From: Bacteroidota bacterium
Lineage (GTDB): Bacteria; Bacteroidota; Bacteroidia; Bacteroidales; JAHJDW01
DNA length: 62,812 nucleotides
Reading direction: 5' to 3'
Assembly: GCA_037139195.1 (NCBI GenBank)
Contig: JBAXGW010000019.1
Location: forward strand, 1 to 62,812
Each line of letters begins with the position of its first letter. The stretch's first letter is position 1. The translations under genes were made by a program, and so were the position numbers. This document shows, in pieces, positions 49,057 through 60,487 of the stretch. The notes under the pieces were generated by a model, which saw nothing but the letters and a program-made list of their open reading frames with translations, searched no databases and was not told the origin of the DNA.

Positions 49057-49896
49057 TTATTTTTCTAGGGTAATTGTCATTATTACGTCTTGTATAGGTC
49101 TGTTGTTTTTATCGGTTCCAACTACTGCAATTTTATCAACTATATCTAGTCCTTCAATTACTTCGCCAAATACAGTGTAATCTCCATCTAAATGAGGAGT
49201 TCCTCCAATTGTGGTGTAAATTTGGCGTTGTTTAGGGGTGAATTTAAATGCAGGTGTTTTTGAAAATTCGCTTTCAATAAGTGGTTCAATAGTTTTAATA
49301 GTAGCTTGAAGGCTATCACTCATTTGTGCTTGTTGATATTTTATCATTTTTTCTTTCAACAGGGCGTTTTCAGGTTTACTCATAATTTGATTAAATATTT
49401 TTTGTTTTCGACCCATATTTTTTTGATTTTCGATAGCATCTAAGTCTTGATTAGTGAATATTTTTCCTTGAACAATATAAAATTGAGAACCCGATGATTC
49501 TTTTTTAGGGTTAACTTCATCGCCTTGACGTGCTGCAGCCAAAACTCCTTTTTTATGAAAAAGAGTGTCTTTAATTTCTGCGGGAATAGTGTAGGTTGGA
49601 CCACCTTCACCAAGCATTTTACCCGATACTGCTTTTTTTGAGTCAGGATCACCACCTTGAATCATAAACTGATTGATAACTCTATGAAAAAGTGTGCTGT
49701 CAAAATACTTTTCTCCAATTAATTTCACAAAGTTATCGCGATGCAATGGAGTTTGATTATATAATTTTACTTTTATCACACCATAGTTAGTAGTGATTTT
49801 TACAATGTAATTTTTGTTGTCTTTATTTTGTGAGCAAGCTTCAAATGAAGTAAATGCTAGAAGAGCAAAAAGATTGATAATCAAAAACTTTTTCAT
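49057..49896 (-). CDS. Cyclophilin-type peptidyl-prolyl cis-trans isomerase, secreted/lipoprotein
   Basis: FHRVINQFMIQGGDP and HLDGDYTVFGEVIEG cyclophilin signatures, with a lipoprotein-type N-terminus. Confidence 0.8.
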   Translation of the reverse strand: MKKFLIINLFALLAFTSFEACSQNKDNKNYIVKITTNYGVIKVKLYNQTPLHRDNFVKLIGEKYFDSTLFHRVINQFMIQGGDPDSKKAVSGKMLGEGGPTYTIPAEIKDTLFHKKGVLAAARQGDEVNPKKESSGSQFYIVQGKIFTNQDLDAIENQKNMGRKQKIFNQIMSKPENALLKEKMIKYQQAQMSDSLQATIKTIEPLIESEFSKTPAFKFTPKQRQIYTTIGGTPHLDGDYTVFGEVIEGLDIVDKIAVVGTDKNNRPIQDVIMTITLEK

Positions 49897-50004
49897 AAAT
49901 TTAAACTAAAATTTGCGTTTTTAAAAATAATTATTGTATATTTACGGCTCAAATATACGGAATATTAAAATAATTTAGCATCTTAAACATTAACTTTTTA
50001 TAAT

Positions 50005-50337
50005 ATGAAACGATTATTTACATTAATTCTTTTTATATCGATATTTGCTTCAATGTCTTGTAAACACGAAGATCCAACGTATCCTATGAAAATTTATGTA
50101 AAACTTGAAAATACAGAGGCTCCTGTTCCAAATTCGAAAATAGTTATTCCGCCTGTTACTAAACAAGAGGACACTACTTATATAACAACTAATGAATCTG
50201 GTGTTGCTTCATATACTTTTAAACTTCCTGCTATTATTGAATTGCATGCTTTTTCACCTGATTATACTATGGCAGGTGAAGTAATGGTTAGATTAAAAGA
50301 AGATGAAACAGTAGTTAAAACTATTTACATAAAGTAA
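50005..50337 (+). CDS. Small hypothetical lipoprotein
   Basis: Signal peptide with Cys (SMSC). Beta-rich and about 110 aa. Confidence 0.35.
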   Translation: MKRLFTLILFISIFASMSCKHEDPTYPMKIYVKLENTEAPVPNSKIVIPPVTKQEDTTYITTNESGVASYTFKLPAIIELHAFSPDYTMAGEVMVRLKEDETVVKTIYIK

Positions 50338-50394
50338 CATTTATTAAATTAATAATATTATTTTTGAACCTGTAAATATTTACAGGTTTTTTTT

Positions 50395-50949
50395 ATGGAA
50401 ATTATCGACGTTATTTTATTGTTGCCTTTACTATGGGGCTTTTATCAAGGTTTTAAAAATGGGTTGATTAAAGAGCTTATTTCTTTTTTTGCCTTAATTA
50501 TTGGAATTTATGCTGCTTTTCAGTTTTCAAATCTGCTGGTTCCGATAATTGATGGAAAAGTAAAGTCGGAGTATTTAAACACAACCGCCTTTATTGTTAT
50601 GTTTATTGGGGTTGTTGTAGGTTTAATTCTATTAGGAAAAGTAATTGATAAAGTCGCAACTGCTCTTATGTTAGGCATGCTTAATAAAATTGCAGGTGGC
50701 ATTTTCGGACTAGCAAAGTTTATGTTAATTATTAGTATGCTAATTTCAGTTGTAATAAAATTTGATAAGAAGAACCAAATTTTCAATAATTCAAAATTAA
50801 AATCCCCTGTTTTATCTTTTTATTTAGAAGTTCACAATATTATTTCGCCTAGCATTAATAGCATTGATTATGATAAAATTAAAAAGGCTATCGATGTTTC
50901 CTCCGATAGCCTAAGTGTTTCAAATGAAAAAGATACTATTCCATTATAG
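50395..50949 (+). CDS. CvpA-family membrane protein
   Basis: 4-TM small membrane protein with a CvpA-like N-terminal pattern. Confidence 0.5.
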   Translation: MEIIDVILLLPLLWGFYQGFKNGLIKELISFFALIIGIYAAFQFSNLLVPIIDGKVKSEYLNTTAFIVMFIGVVVGLILLGKVIDKVATALMLGMLNKIAGGIFGLAKFMLIISMLISVVIKFDKKNQIFNNSKLKSPVLSFYLEVHNIISPSINSIDYDKIKKAIDVSSDSLSVSNEKDTIPL

Positions 50950-52129
50950 CTTTAATGCCTGGAAGCTCTTTTCCTTCTATATATTCTAGCATAGCTCCAC
51001 CACCGGTAGAAACGTAGCTAATCATATCTACTAAGTTGTAATTGTTTATAGCAGCTACTGAGTCGCCACCTCCGATTGCAGAATAGGAGCCACTTATTGT
51101 AGCACTTGCAACAGCGATCGCTACAGACTTGGTTCCATGCTGAAAATTTTGCATTTCAAATACCCCCATTGGCCCATTCCATAAAATAGTTTGAGATTTG
51201 TTTATAATTTCGGCAAATCTTCTACATGTATTTTTACCAATGTCGAGTCCCATCCAGCCATCTTCAATTTTATCGGCCGAAACTACTTTGAAATTAGCAT
51301 CTTCTGAGAATGAATCAGCAATAACTGCATCTGTCGGGATATATAGATTAACCCCTTTTAGCATTACTTCTTTAACTATATCTCTTGCTTCTTCAATCAT
51401 ATTCTCTTCAATTAAAGAATTTCCCACATTGCCGCCTAGCGCTTTGATAAAGGTAAAAGCCATCCCTCCACCTATAATCAAATTGTCAACTTTGCGAATA
51501 AGATTTCTAATAATTGATAATTTACTCGAAATTTTTCCTCCACCAATAATTGCTGTAAATGGGGGATTTGGATTTTCTAATATTTGATTTAAATTTCTGA
51601 TTTCACTTGCTAAAAGTAATCCAAAATATTTGTCATTTGGGAAAAACCTAGCTATTGTGGCAGTTGAAGCATGTTCACGGTGTGCAGTTCCAAATGCATC
51701 GTTAATATAGATATCGCCAAGTCTTGATAGATCTTCTGCAAATTTAATATCACCAGCAACTTCTTCCGGATAAAAACGCAAGTTTTCCATTAAAACAACT
51801 TCGCTTGGTTTTAGTGCTCCACAAACTTCAAAAGTTCTTGGTCCAAACAGTTCTCTAGTAAATATTACATTTCTATTTAACATTTTAGATAATGTAGGAA
51901 CTATAGGCGTTAAAGAATAATCGCTCTCGAAACCCCCTTTAGGTCGACCAAGATGGGACATGAGAATTACTGAAGCACCATCACTTAATACTTTATTTAT
52001 AGTTGGAATAGCTTCTCTAATGCGTGTGTCGTCAGTAATTTGACGATTGTGATTTAAAGGTACATTAAAATCGACTCTTATGAGTACTTTTTTTCCTGCA
52101 AAGTTTACATTTTCAATTGTTCTCATCAT
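50936..52129 (-). CDS. pgk: Phosphoglycerate kinase
   Basis: KVLIRVDFNVP N-terminal motif and AIIGGGKIS / GGGD hinge motifs. Confidence 0.9.
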   Translation of the reverse strand: MMRTIENVNFAGKKVLIRVDFNVPLNHNRQITDDTRIREAIPTINKVLSDGASVILMSHLGRPKGGFESDYSLTPIVPTLSKMLNRNVIFTRELFGPRTFEVCGALKPSEVVLMENLRFYPEEVAGDIKFAEDLSRLGDIYINDAFGTAHREHASTATIARFFPNDKYFGLLLASEIRNLNQILENPNPPFTAIIGGGKISSKLSIIRNLIRKVDNLIIGGGMAFTFIKALGGNVGNSLIEENMIEEARDIVKEVMLKGVNLYIPTDAVIADSFSEDANFKVVSADKIEDGWMGLDIGKNTCRRFAEIINKSQTILWNGPMGVFEMQNFQHGTKSVAIAVASATISGSYSAIGGGDSVAAINNYNLVDMISYVSTGGGAMLEYIEGKELPGIKAIME

Positions 52130-52499
52130 TTTTGCGTGATTAAACCGATTGATAAAGTTTATTTTTTGCGAAATTAGTCTTTATAAACAAAACCAAAAAA
52201 TTTATTATTCGGTTAATTGCAATATATCAATTTTCAATCGACTAAAATATTTGATTTTCAGTTTGATAAATAAATTTCAATATTTAATAGCGATAATAAA
52301 TTATTTTAACTTAAATTTATCCTCTTATTTATTATTTTAGATATTTAATATTTTAAGATAAAAGCAACTTAAAGTTATAATTTTAATAGGTATTTGTTTA
52401 AGAACAAAACATAAACTAAAAAATTGAAATATAATAATATTATCAGTATTTGAAAATATTATGAAATAAAATGGATTACAAATTACAAAATATAAAAGA

Positions 52500-54737
52500 A
52501 TGTTAAAAAAGGGAAAACAATCAACAAGCAAATCGAGAAAAGAAGGAAAAGAGAAAGTTGCTAAAGTGGAGAAAGTTGAAAAGAAGGACAATGGCTTGTT
52601 TAAAGAAAAATTAAGAATTAGTATTATTGAGTTTCTTTATAAAGAAAACGGACGAACTTATAATTATAAACAGATTGCAAAAGTTATTGGGATTAATGGT
52701 GCTGAAAAATTAAGGCTAACATTATTTATTTTAAAGGATTTAGCTGACGAAAAATTAGCTATAGAAGTTAATCCTGGAAAATTTAAATTAAATCCTAAAG
52801 CAAATCACACAGAAAGTTTGGCACCTGCTTATGCAACTGGCGTTTTGCAAATTGTTTCAACGGGCAAAGGATATGTTGTTTGCGATGGGATGGAAGAGGA
52901 CGTAAAAATATCACAATCGAATTTAGGGCATGCTTTAAATGGAGATATTGTTAAAGTGTACCTATATGCCAAAAGAAAAGAACGAAGGTTGGAAGGCGAA
53001 ATTGTTGAAATTGTTAAACGTGCTAAAGAACAGTTTGTTGGAACGCTTGAAATATCAGGCAAATTTGCCTTTTTAATCCCTAATGATTCAGACTTAGGAA
53101 CAGATATTTTTATTCCATTAACTGCGTTGAATGGTGCAAAACACGGCGAAAAGGCAATTGTTAAAATAACGGAATGGCCCGAAAGAGCAAAAAACCCATA
53201 TGGCGAAGTTGTTAGAGTTTTAGGTAAACCTGGTGATCACAAAGTGGAAATGGATACAATAATATTCGAATTTGAATTGCCAACTAGTTTTCCAGCAAAT
53301 GTTGAAGAGGATGCAAATAAAATACCTTTAGAAATATCAAAATCTGAAATTAAAAAAAGACGCGATTTTAGAGATGTACTTACATTCACAATAGATCCAT
53401 TTGATGCAAAAGACTTTGATGATGCTATTTCTTTTCAAAAATTAGAAAATGGCAATTATGAAATTGGAGTTCATATAGCAGACGTTACTCACTATTTAAA
53501 GCAAGGTTCTGCGCTTGATAATGAAGCTCAAGAGAGAGGCACTTCTGTATATTTAGTTGACAGAGTAATTCCAATGCTACCTGAACATTTGTCAAACGGA
53601 GTGTGTTCTCTTCGCCCTGATGAAGAAAAGCTGTGTTTTTCGGCAGTTTTTGAGATGGATGAAAATGCTAAAATTATTACCCGTTGGTTTGGACGAACAG
53701 TAATTAACTCAAACAGGCGCTTTACTTATGAAGAGGTTCAAGTAATTATTGAAAAGAAAGAAGGCGAATACTGCGAAGAAATATTAACACTCGACCGTTT
53801 TGCAAAAGCGTTAAGATCGGATAGAAAGAAATCTGGAGCATTTAATTTTAATAAAATTGAAGTAAAATTCGAATTAGACGAAACTGGAAAACCGATAGGC
53901 GTTTTCTTTAAAGTGCAAAAAGATGCTCATAAACTGATTGAAGACTTTATGCTTTTAGCAAATAGAGAAGTTGCCACTTTAATTGGTAAACTAGATAAGG
54001 GGCAAAAATATTATCCCCTTGTTTACCGTATTCATGATTCTCCGAATGAGCAAAAACTTGCAGAGTTTAGTACGTTTGTGAATACCTTAGGCTATAAGAT
54101 AAAAACTTCGAGTAGGAAAGATATTGTAAACTCAATGAACAAATTACTTTCGGATGTAGAAGGTAGAGGCGAACAAAATATGATTGAAACCCTAGCTATT
54201 CGCTCTATGGCAAAAGCCCAATATACTACAAAAAATATTGGTCATTATGGTTTAGCATTTGATTATTATGTTCATTTTACTTCTCCAATTCGTCGTTATC
54301 CAGATATGATGGTTCATAGAGTTTTAGAAAATTATTTAGCCAAAGAAAAGCCCTATGCATCGGAAGAAGACCAAGAAACAATGGCAAAGCATTCTAGTAA
54401 AATGGAAATGAGGGCAGCAAGTGCTGAGCGAGCCAGCGTGAAATACAAGCAGGTTGAATTTTTAGCAGATAAAATAGGTCAGTTGTTTGACGGATACATT
54501 TCGGGAGTAACTAAGTTTGGTTTATTTGTAGAGATAATTGAAAATAAGTGCGAAGGAATGATTAAATTGAAAGATATAAATGATGATTTCTATGTATTTG
54601 ATGAAGATAAATATCAAATTATTGGCACAAGAAAAGGTTTTATTTATAAGCTTGGGGATAAGGTGAAAATTCGTGTTAGAAGAGCCGACCTAGTTAAAAA
54701 ACAATTAGATTTTGAACTGATAGAAAATGAATGGTAA
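52500..54737 (+). CDS. rnr: Ribonuclease R
   Basis: Lys-rich N-terminus, cold-shock/OB domains, an RNB catalytic domain (DFDDAIS, YLVDRVIPMLPE) and a C-terminal S1 domain. Confidence 0.85.
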   Translation: MLKKGKQSTSKSRKEGKEKVAKVEKVEKKDNGLFKEKLRISIIEFLYKENGRTYNYKQIAKVIGINGAEKLRLTLFILKDLADEKLAIEVNPGKFKLNPKANHTESLAPAYATGVLQIVSTGKGYVVCDGMEEDVKISQSNLGHALNGDIVKVYLYAKRKERRLEGEIVEIVKRAKEQFVGTLEISGKFAFLIPNDSDLGTDIFIPLTALNGAKHGEKAIVKITEWPERAKNPYGEVVRVLGKPGDHKVEMDTIIFEFELPTSFPANVEEDANKIPLEISKSEIKKRRDFRDVLTFTIDPFDAKDFDDAISFQKLENGNYEIGVHIADVTHYLKQGSALDNEAQERGTSVYLVDRVIPMLPEHLSNGVCSLRPDEEKLCFSAVFEMDENAKIITRWFGRTVINSNRRFTYEEVQVIIEKKEGEYCEEILTLDRFAKALRSDRKKSGAFNFNKIEVKFELDETGKPIGVFFKVQKDAHKLIEDFMLLANREVATLIGKLDKGQKYYPLVYRIHDSPNEQKLAEFSTFVNTLGYKIKTSSRKDIVNSMNKLLSDVEGRGEQNMIETLAIRSMAKAQYTTKNIGHYGLAFDYYVHFTSPIRRYPDMMVHRVLENYLAKEKPYASEEDQETMAKHSSKMEMRAASAERASVKYKQVEFLADKIGQLFDGYISGVTKFGLFVEIIENKCEGMIKLKDINDDFYVFDEDKYQIIGTRKGFIYKLGDKVKIRVRRADLVKKQLDFELIENEW

Positions 54738-55497
54738 TATGAAATATTTGATTTTTTTATGTTTTATTTTTCTAAGCTCAACTATATTTTCACAAATAAA
54801 AGATGAAGATTTAGTTCCATTTTCCAAGGAGGGTTTAAGTGGTTTTATTGATGAGAAAGAAAACATTGTAATAGAAATAAAATACAAGAAAGTAAATTAT
54901 TTCTCAGAAGGATTAGCTAGTGTTAAGAAAGATAGCAAGTGGGGTTTTATAGATAAAAAAGGAAATGTAGTTATTGATTTCAAATACGACTATGCTGGTT
55001 CATTTGCAGAGGGTTTGGCAAGAGTTAAAAAAGATGGGAAATTTGGCTTTGTAAATCAAAAAGGCGATGAGGTGATAGATTTTAAATTTATTAATGCCTG
55101 GGATTTTAACGAAGGATTTTCGAGAGTAAGCGATGGGGAGAAGTATACGTTCATCAATAAACAAGGAGATTTATTAACAGGATTTATTTTTGATGATGTT
55201 GTTTCCTTTTCAGAGGGAATGGCAGAAGTAAAACATAATTTTCTTTGGGGTTACATTGATAGAGATGGAACAGTTGTAATACCCTATCAATTTGAACAAT
55301 CGTGGCTTTTTTCGGAAGGCGCTGCTAAGGTTATGAATAATAATCTTTGGGGATATATTAATAAAGAAGGGCTGCTTATTGTCCCTTTCCAGTTTGATCA
55401 AGCCTATTCTTTTGATGAAGGAATTGCAAAAGTTAGAAAGAAGAAGAAAGAATTTTATATTGACAAATCTGGAATTTGTGTTAAAGGCTGCAATTGA
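54727..55497 (+). CDS. WG-repeat (KWG) protein, secreted
   Basis: Signal peptide. Six or more repeats of ...WGFIDKKGNVVI.. / ..WGYIDRDGTVVIP. Confidence 0.6.
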   Translation: MNGNMKYLIFLCFIFLSSTIFSQIKDEDLVPFSKEGLSGFIDEKENIVIEIKYKKVNYFSEGLASVKKDSKWGFIDKKGNVVIDFKYDYAGSFAEGLARVKKDGKFGFVNQKGDEVIDFKFINAWDFNEGFSRVSDGEKYTFINKQGDLLTGFIFDDVVSFSEGMAEVKHNFLWGYIDRDGTVVIPYQFEQSWLFSEGAAKVMNNNLWGYINKEGLLIVPFQFDQAYSFDEGIAKVRKKKKEFYIDKSGICVKGCN

Positions 55498-55549
55498 AAT
55501 ATGAAGCTATTCATAACGAATTAAACTAAGATTATTTCACATGCATAAG

Positions 55550-57187
55550 TTAAGACAAATATTTTCCTACAATTGGCAACCTTCGTCCCATACCAAATGC
55601 TTTTGGCGAAACTCTTAATATTGGTGGGGTCTGATGACGCTTGTATTCGTTGGTATTTACCAATTTTAATATTCTGTCAACTGTTGGTCTTTCAAAGCCC
55701 ATATTTACTAGTTCTTCTGGTCCCTTTCGTTTTTCGATATATTGATAAAGAATTTCATCTAATATGTCGTATTCGGGCAATGAATCGCTGTCTTTTTGAT
55801 TAGGGCGCAATTCTGCTGATGGAGGTTTAATAATAGAATTAATAGGGATTATTTCCTTATCTTTATTAATAAAATTTGATAATTCATACACTTCAGTTTT
55901 ATAAACATCGCCTAATACAGATATTCCTCCGCACATGTCGCCATAAAGAGTTCCATATCCTACAGCGGCTTCGCTTTTATTTGATGTGTTTAATAAAATA
56001 TAGCCAAACTTATTTGAAAGAGCCATTAGTATTACTGCTCGGCTTCGGGCCTGAAGGTTTTCTTCTGCAATGCCAAAAGGCAAGTCTTTAAAATGAGGCT
56101 TGAGAATATCTTCAAAAGACTCACACACTTTATTTATAGGGATAGTTGTGTAGGAACAATCAATATTTTTTGCTAAATCCTCGGCGTCTTTTATGGAGTG
56201 GTTACTTGAATATTCGGAAGGTAATAAAACGGCAAATACATTTTCAGCACCCAATGCTTTGGCAGCAAGAACAAGTGTTAGAGCAGAATCTATTCCTCCA
56301 GAAAGCCCTAAAATTGCCTTTTTAAACCCTAGTTTATCAAAGTAGTTTTTTATTCCCATCACTAACGCATCGTGAATTTTTTCAATTTTCGTGAATTTTT
56401 CAAATGGTGTTGCACCTATTGATTGGTTTATTGAATCAACAGTTATCACAGAATAATCTTCTTCAAAATACGATAATTCGTTTATTATTTCTCCTTTCGA
56501 ATTCATTGCAAGCGAACCGCCGTCAAATAATAATTCGGTTTGAGCACCAACATGATTAACATAAACCAATGGAATTTGATATTTTTGACAATTTAATGCT
56601 AGAGTTCTTTTTCGAATAAGCTCTTGCTCATAGTTAAATGGCGAAGCAGCTATGTTAATCATAATGTCAGGATTTTGCTTTTTCAATTCGTCCATAGGAG
56701 TTGTAACATAGAGCATATTGTTGTCAATATTCCATAAATCTTCGCAAATAGTTAAAGCAATTCGTTTCCCTTTATATTCAATAATATCGAAATTTCTGTT
56801 CGGCTCAAAATATCGATATTCATCAAAAATATCGTAATTAGGCAACAGCGTTTTATGTACAACTTTTTTGATAGATTGATCTGCTATAAAAAACGCAGAG
56901 TTAAAAAGCTCTTTTCCTTTGTTATCGGTGTTTTTTGAAGGAGAGCCTATTATAGCTGCTATGCCCGTACAGTGTTGAGCAATTTTATAGAGTTCGCTAA
57001 AGCATTTGTCAATAAAATCATTGAATTCAAGAAAGTCTCTTGGTGGATATCCACATATAGCCAGTTCTGGAAAAACGATTAAATCAACTTGTTGGGTTTT
57101 CGCTTTTTCTATAGAATTTATAATTTTTTCAGAATTACTTTCAAAATTGCCTACATGAAAGTTTATTTGGGCAAGAGCTATTTGCAT
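55550..57187 (-). CDS. nadE: Glutamine-dependent NAD+ synthetase
   Basis: N-terminal CN-hydrolase domain (LAICGYPPRD) and a C-terminal NAD synthase domain with the PP-loop SGGIDS. Confidence 0.85.
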   Translation of the reverse strand: MQIALAQINFHVGNFESNSEKIINSIEKAKTQQVDLIVFPELAICGYPPRDFLEFNDFIDKCFSELYKIAQHCTGIAAIIGSPSKNTDNKGKELFNSAFFIADQSIKKVVHKTLLPNYDIFDEYRYFEPNRNFDIIEYKGKRIALTICEDLWNIDNNMLYVTTPMDELKKQNPDIMINIAASPFNYEQELIRKRTLALNCQKYQIPLVYVNHVGAQTELLFDGGSLAMNSKGEIINELSYFEEDYSVITVDSINQSIGATPFEKFTKIEKIHDALVMGIKNYFDKLGFKKAILGLSGGIDSALTLVLAAKALGAENVFAVLLPSEYSSNHSIKDAEDLAKNIDCSYTTIPINKVCESFEDILKPHFKDLPFGIAEENLQARSRAVILMALSNKFGYILLNTSNKSEAAVGYGTLYGDMCGGISVLGDVYKTEVYELSNFINKDKEIIPINSIIKPPSAELRPNQKDSDSLPEYDILDEILYQYIEKRKGPEELVNMGFERPTVDRILKLVNTNEYKRHQTPPILRVSPKAFGMGRRLPIVGKYLS

Positions 57188-57261
57188 AGAAGTAATTTAT
57201 TCATTTATAAAAAAAAGCCGCCTTTACAGACAGCTTTTGATATTATTAGTTGCATGTTTTT

Positions 57262-57978
57262 TTAAAATAGTATTCCAATATTCAAACTCACAAAGTTATT
57301 TATTGCTTTGTTGTTTTTATCGGTAAGAATATCTGTTAATCCATTGTTGAAGTTAATACTAGCAATTAATTTTGTAGAGCCACCAAGAGAATATTCGGCT
57401 CCACCACCAATTATAAATGATGGTCGAATAAACGAGATGTCATCCTTAATATCGTCGTTTTCCTTTTTCAAAAGAGGTTCATCAATGCCATTCAAATATT
57501 TATAGTTGTAATCTCCTTTTGCTTTCAATCTAAAGCCCATACCTGCACCAATATTAGCAAAATAAGTGAAATATCCAATTTCATTTGTTGTCATTTTAAG
57601 TAAAATAGGAAGTTCTAGATATTGAAGTTTGTATAAGTTAGATGCATTAACACCTTTAAATGTCATTTTAGTTGATACACCCCCAACTAACACATCTTGT
57701 TGGAGAGAATCATAGGAAATTTGCAATTTACCACCTGTATAACAAACTCCAAAACCAGTTGCGAAGCTAAAATTATCGGCGAATTTGTAATCTATTATAA
57801 AGCCATACGATGCATTTAGTTTAAAACCATTATTTTGAATATTTTTAGTGTCAGGTTTAAGCCAAGCCAGTGAAGGGCTACCTTGAAGACCAAAGCGAAA
57901 CTTCTTAGTATCTTGAGCATTAGAAATTGTTGAAACAATCATTAATAAGCCAACTGCAGTGATGAATATCTTTTTCAT
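57262..57978 (-). CDS. Outer-membrane beta-barrel protein (OmpA-like barrel/porin family). The likely start is the MKKIFITAV Met.
   Basis: Signal peptide, beta-strand alternation and a C-terminal ...LNIGILF terminal Phe. Confidence 0.5.
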   Translation of the reverse strand: MKKIFITAVGLLMIVSTISNAQDTKKFRFGLQGSPSLAWLKPDTKNIQNNGFKLNASYGFIIDYKFADNFSFATGFGVCYTGGKLQISYDSLQQDVLVGGVSTKMTFKGVNASNLYKLQYLELPILLKMTTNEIGYFTYFANIGAGMGFRLKAKGDYNYKYLNGIDEPLLKKENDDIKDDISFIRPSFIIGGGAEYSLGGSTKLIASINFNNGLTDILTDKNNKAINNFVSLNIGILF

Positions 57979-58303
57979 AAGCAATAATTTTAAGTTTATT
58001 ACGTTATGCAATTATACGAAAAAAAATAATACAGGTGTTTAAATTTTTTTTTTAATTAATTTCGTTTTTATACCAACTGCTTTTGTTTGAAGGCATAAAA
58101 CAAGTTAAATAATTTGCAAAAGGGAAAAATATATTTATATTTGTTGTTCAATAGTTGCCTCCCAAATTTCACTTTCCTGCCCTTTTTATTGAATTGCGAA
58201 AATTTATTTGTTCTTTACTGACAAATATTTTACTTTCGTACATCTTTCAAATCTGGTATAATTGCAAAAAATAATCAAAGTTTCACTTATAAACACTTTA
58301 ACA

Positions 58304-60448
58304 ATGAAAAAGTTAACTACTTTATGTTTTTTCTTGATTTGTTCTGGAATTAGCATTTTTTCTTTCTCTCAAAAGCAATTTACATTAGAGGAAGTTATGA
58401 GCAGTCGTAAGTTGTATCCAACTTCTTTACAGCAATTGCAATGGCAGCCTAAAACTGACAATTATTCGTTTGTTAGTAAAAACGCTCTGATTATTGGAGC
58501 AGCTAGTAAAAGTAATAAAGATACTTTGATGAAATTAAATGATTTGAACCTTGCAATAAAAAAAGCGAAGTTAGACTCATTAAGTAGGTTTCCAGCATTA
58601 TCGTGGGAAAATTCGCAAGAGTTTATGTTTGTTGACAAACAAGATTATTTAATTTATAATATCAAAACCAAACAAATAACAAAAATAAATTCTTTTTCAG
58701 AAGATGCCGAAAATACTGAGATGGAGCCTGCTAGTCATAAAATTGCTTATACTCTTAAAAACAATATTTTTATTAACGATAACGGCAAACAAACTCAAGT
58801 TACAAAAGATTCTGATTTAGGAATAGTTAATGGAATTGCTGTTCACAGAAATGAATGGGGAATTGAAAAGGGAATTTTTTGGTCACCAACTGGAAATTTT
58901 TTAGCTTTTTACCGAATGGATCAGAGCATGGTAACCGACTATCCAATTACACATATTGAACCTGTAAAAAATCGTGTTGCTGAGGTTGAAATGATTAAGT
59001 ATCCAATGGCAGGAATGACTAGCCACCAAGTTACAGTTGGCGTATATAGCCTCAAAACAGGAAAAACAATTTTTGTAAAAACTGGAGAACCAAAAGATCA
59101 ATTTTTAACAAGTGTAACATGGAGTCCAGATGAAAAATTTATTTTTATTCCAATTTTAAATCGTAGTCAAAATCATTTAAAAGTTAATAAATATGATGCA
59201 GTAACAGGTGATTTTATTAAAACGCTTTTTGAAGAAAAAAATGATAAATGGGTTGAGCCAGAACACGGTTTGTTTTTCAAAGAAAACAATTCAAACGAGT
59301 TTATATGGTTCAGCAAACGAGATGGCTGGAATCACCTATACAAATACGATGTTGAGGGGAATTTATTATCGCAGATAACAAAAGGAAATTTTGATGTAAC
59401 TGACTTTTTGGGATTTGACCCAACAGGTAAATACATCAGTGTGATGACCACCGCAGTTAGTCCGATAGAACTTCATGCATACAATGTTGATTTAAAAACT
59501 GGAACTGTTACAAAAATATCTAATGGCAAAGGAATTCATAGTGTTATTCCAAACTCTACATTTACTTTTTTTATTGATGCATATAGCAACAGTACCTTGC
59601 CTCATCAATCGCAAATAGTTGATGCTAAAGGCAAATTAAATCAAGTTCTATACACATCCGAAAATCCATTGAAAGGCTACACAATTGGAGAAACGTCTAT
59701 ATTTACTATAAAAGCAGATGATGGTACCGACTTATATTGCAGAATGATTAAGCCTGCAAATTTTGATGCAACAAAAAAATATCCTGTTTTTTATTATGTG
59801 TATGGTGGACCACATTTACAATTAGTGCAAGAGCGCTGGTTAGGAGCGTCGGACTTGTTTATGCAATATATGGCAACCAAAGGCTATGTAGTGTTTACTC
59901 TTGACAATAGAGGAACTCCAAATAGAGGAAGAGATTTTGAGCAATCAATACATCGTAATTTAGGAACTATTGAAGTTGATGATCAAATGAAAGGTGTAGA
60001 ATATTTGAAATCATTGTCCTTTGTTGATTCGAAACGTATGGGAATTCAGGGTTGGAGCTACGGTGGATTTATGACTGTATCTCTAATGCTTAAACATTCT
60101 GATGTTTTTAAAGCAGCGGTTGCTGGCGGACCAGTTATTGACTGGAAATTATATGAAATTATGTACGGCGAACGCTACATGGATACTCCAGATGAAAACC
60201 CAGAAGGGTATAAAAATGCTTGTTTGCTTAATTATGTTGATAGTTTAAAAGGTCGTTTGTTGATTATTCATGGTACTGTTGACCCTACGGTAGTTATGCA
60301 ACATAGTTTAGAGTTTATTAAAGAGAGTATTGATAAAGGAAAGCTTGTTGATTATTTTGTTTACCCTGAACACGAGCACAATGTGAGAGGAATTGATCGA
60401 ATTAATTTGTATAAAAGGATTGAACAGTATATGACAGACCATTTATAA
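58304..60448 (+). CDS. S9-family serine peptidase, dipeptidyl-peptidase IV-like. The likely start is the MKKLTTL Met.
   Basis: Signal peptide, a DPP-IV N-terminal beta-propeller, and an alpha/beta hydrolase with GWSYGG nucleophile and distal D/H triad residues. Confidence 0.8.
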   Translation: MKKLTTLCFFLICSGISIFSFSQKQFTLEEVMSSRKLYPTSLQQLQWQPKTDNYSFVSKNALIIGAASKSNKDTLMKLNDLNLAIKKAKLDSLSRFPALSWENSQEFMFVDKQDYLIYNIKTKQITKINSFSEDAENTEMEPASHKIAYTLKNNIFINDNGKQTQVTKDSDLGIVNGIAVHRNEWGIEKGIFWSPTGNFLAFYRMDQSMVTDYPITHIEPVKNRVAEVEMIKYPMAGMTSHQVTVGVYSLKTGKTIFVKTGEPKDQFLTSVTWSPDEKFIFIPILNRSQNHLKVNKYDAVTGDFIKTLFEEKNDKWVEPEHGLFFKENNSNEFIWFSKRDGWNHLYKYDVEGNLLSQITKGNFDVTDFLGFDPTGKYISVMTTAVSPIELHAYNVDLKTGTVTKISNGKGIHSVIPNSTFTFFIDAYSNSTLPHQSQIVDAKGKLNQVLYTSENPLKGYTIGETSIFTIKADDGTDLYCRMIKPANFDATKKYPVFYYVYGGPHLQLVQERWLGASDLFMQYMATKGYVVFTLDNRGTPNRGRDFEQSIHRNLGTIEVDDQMKGVEYLKSLSFVDSKRMGIQGWSYGGFMTVSLMLKHSDVFKAAVAGGPVIDWKLYEIMYGERYMDTPDENPEGYKNACLLNYVDSLKGRLLIIHGTVDPTVVMQHSLEFIKESIDKGKLVDYFVYPEHEHNVRGIDRINLYKRIEQYMTDHL

Positions 60449-60450
60449 TA

Positions 60451-60480
60451 AAAAAGCCACTTCAAAAGTGGCTTTTTTAT
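60451..60480 (+). terminator. Rho-independent terminator
   Basis: aaaaa-agccactt-caa-aagtggct-tttttat. Confidence 0.65.
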
Positions 60481-60487
60481 TTAATAC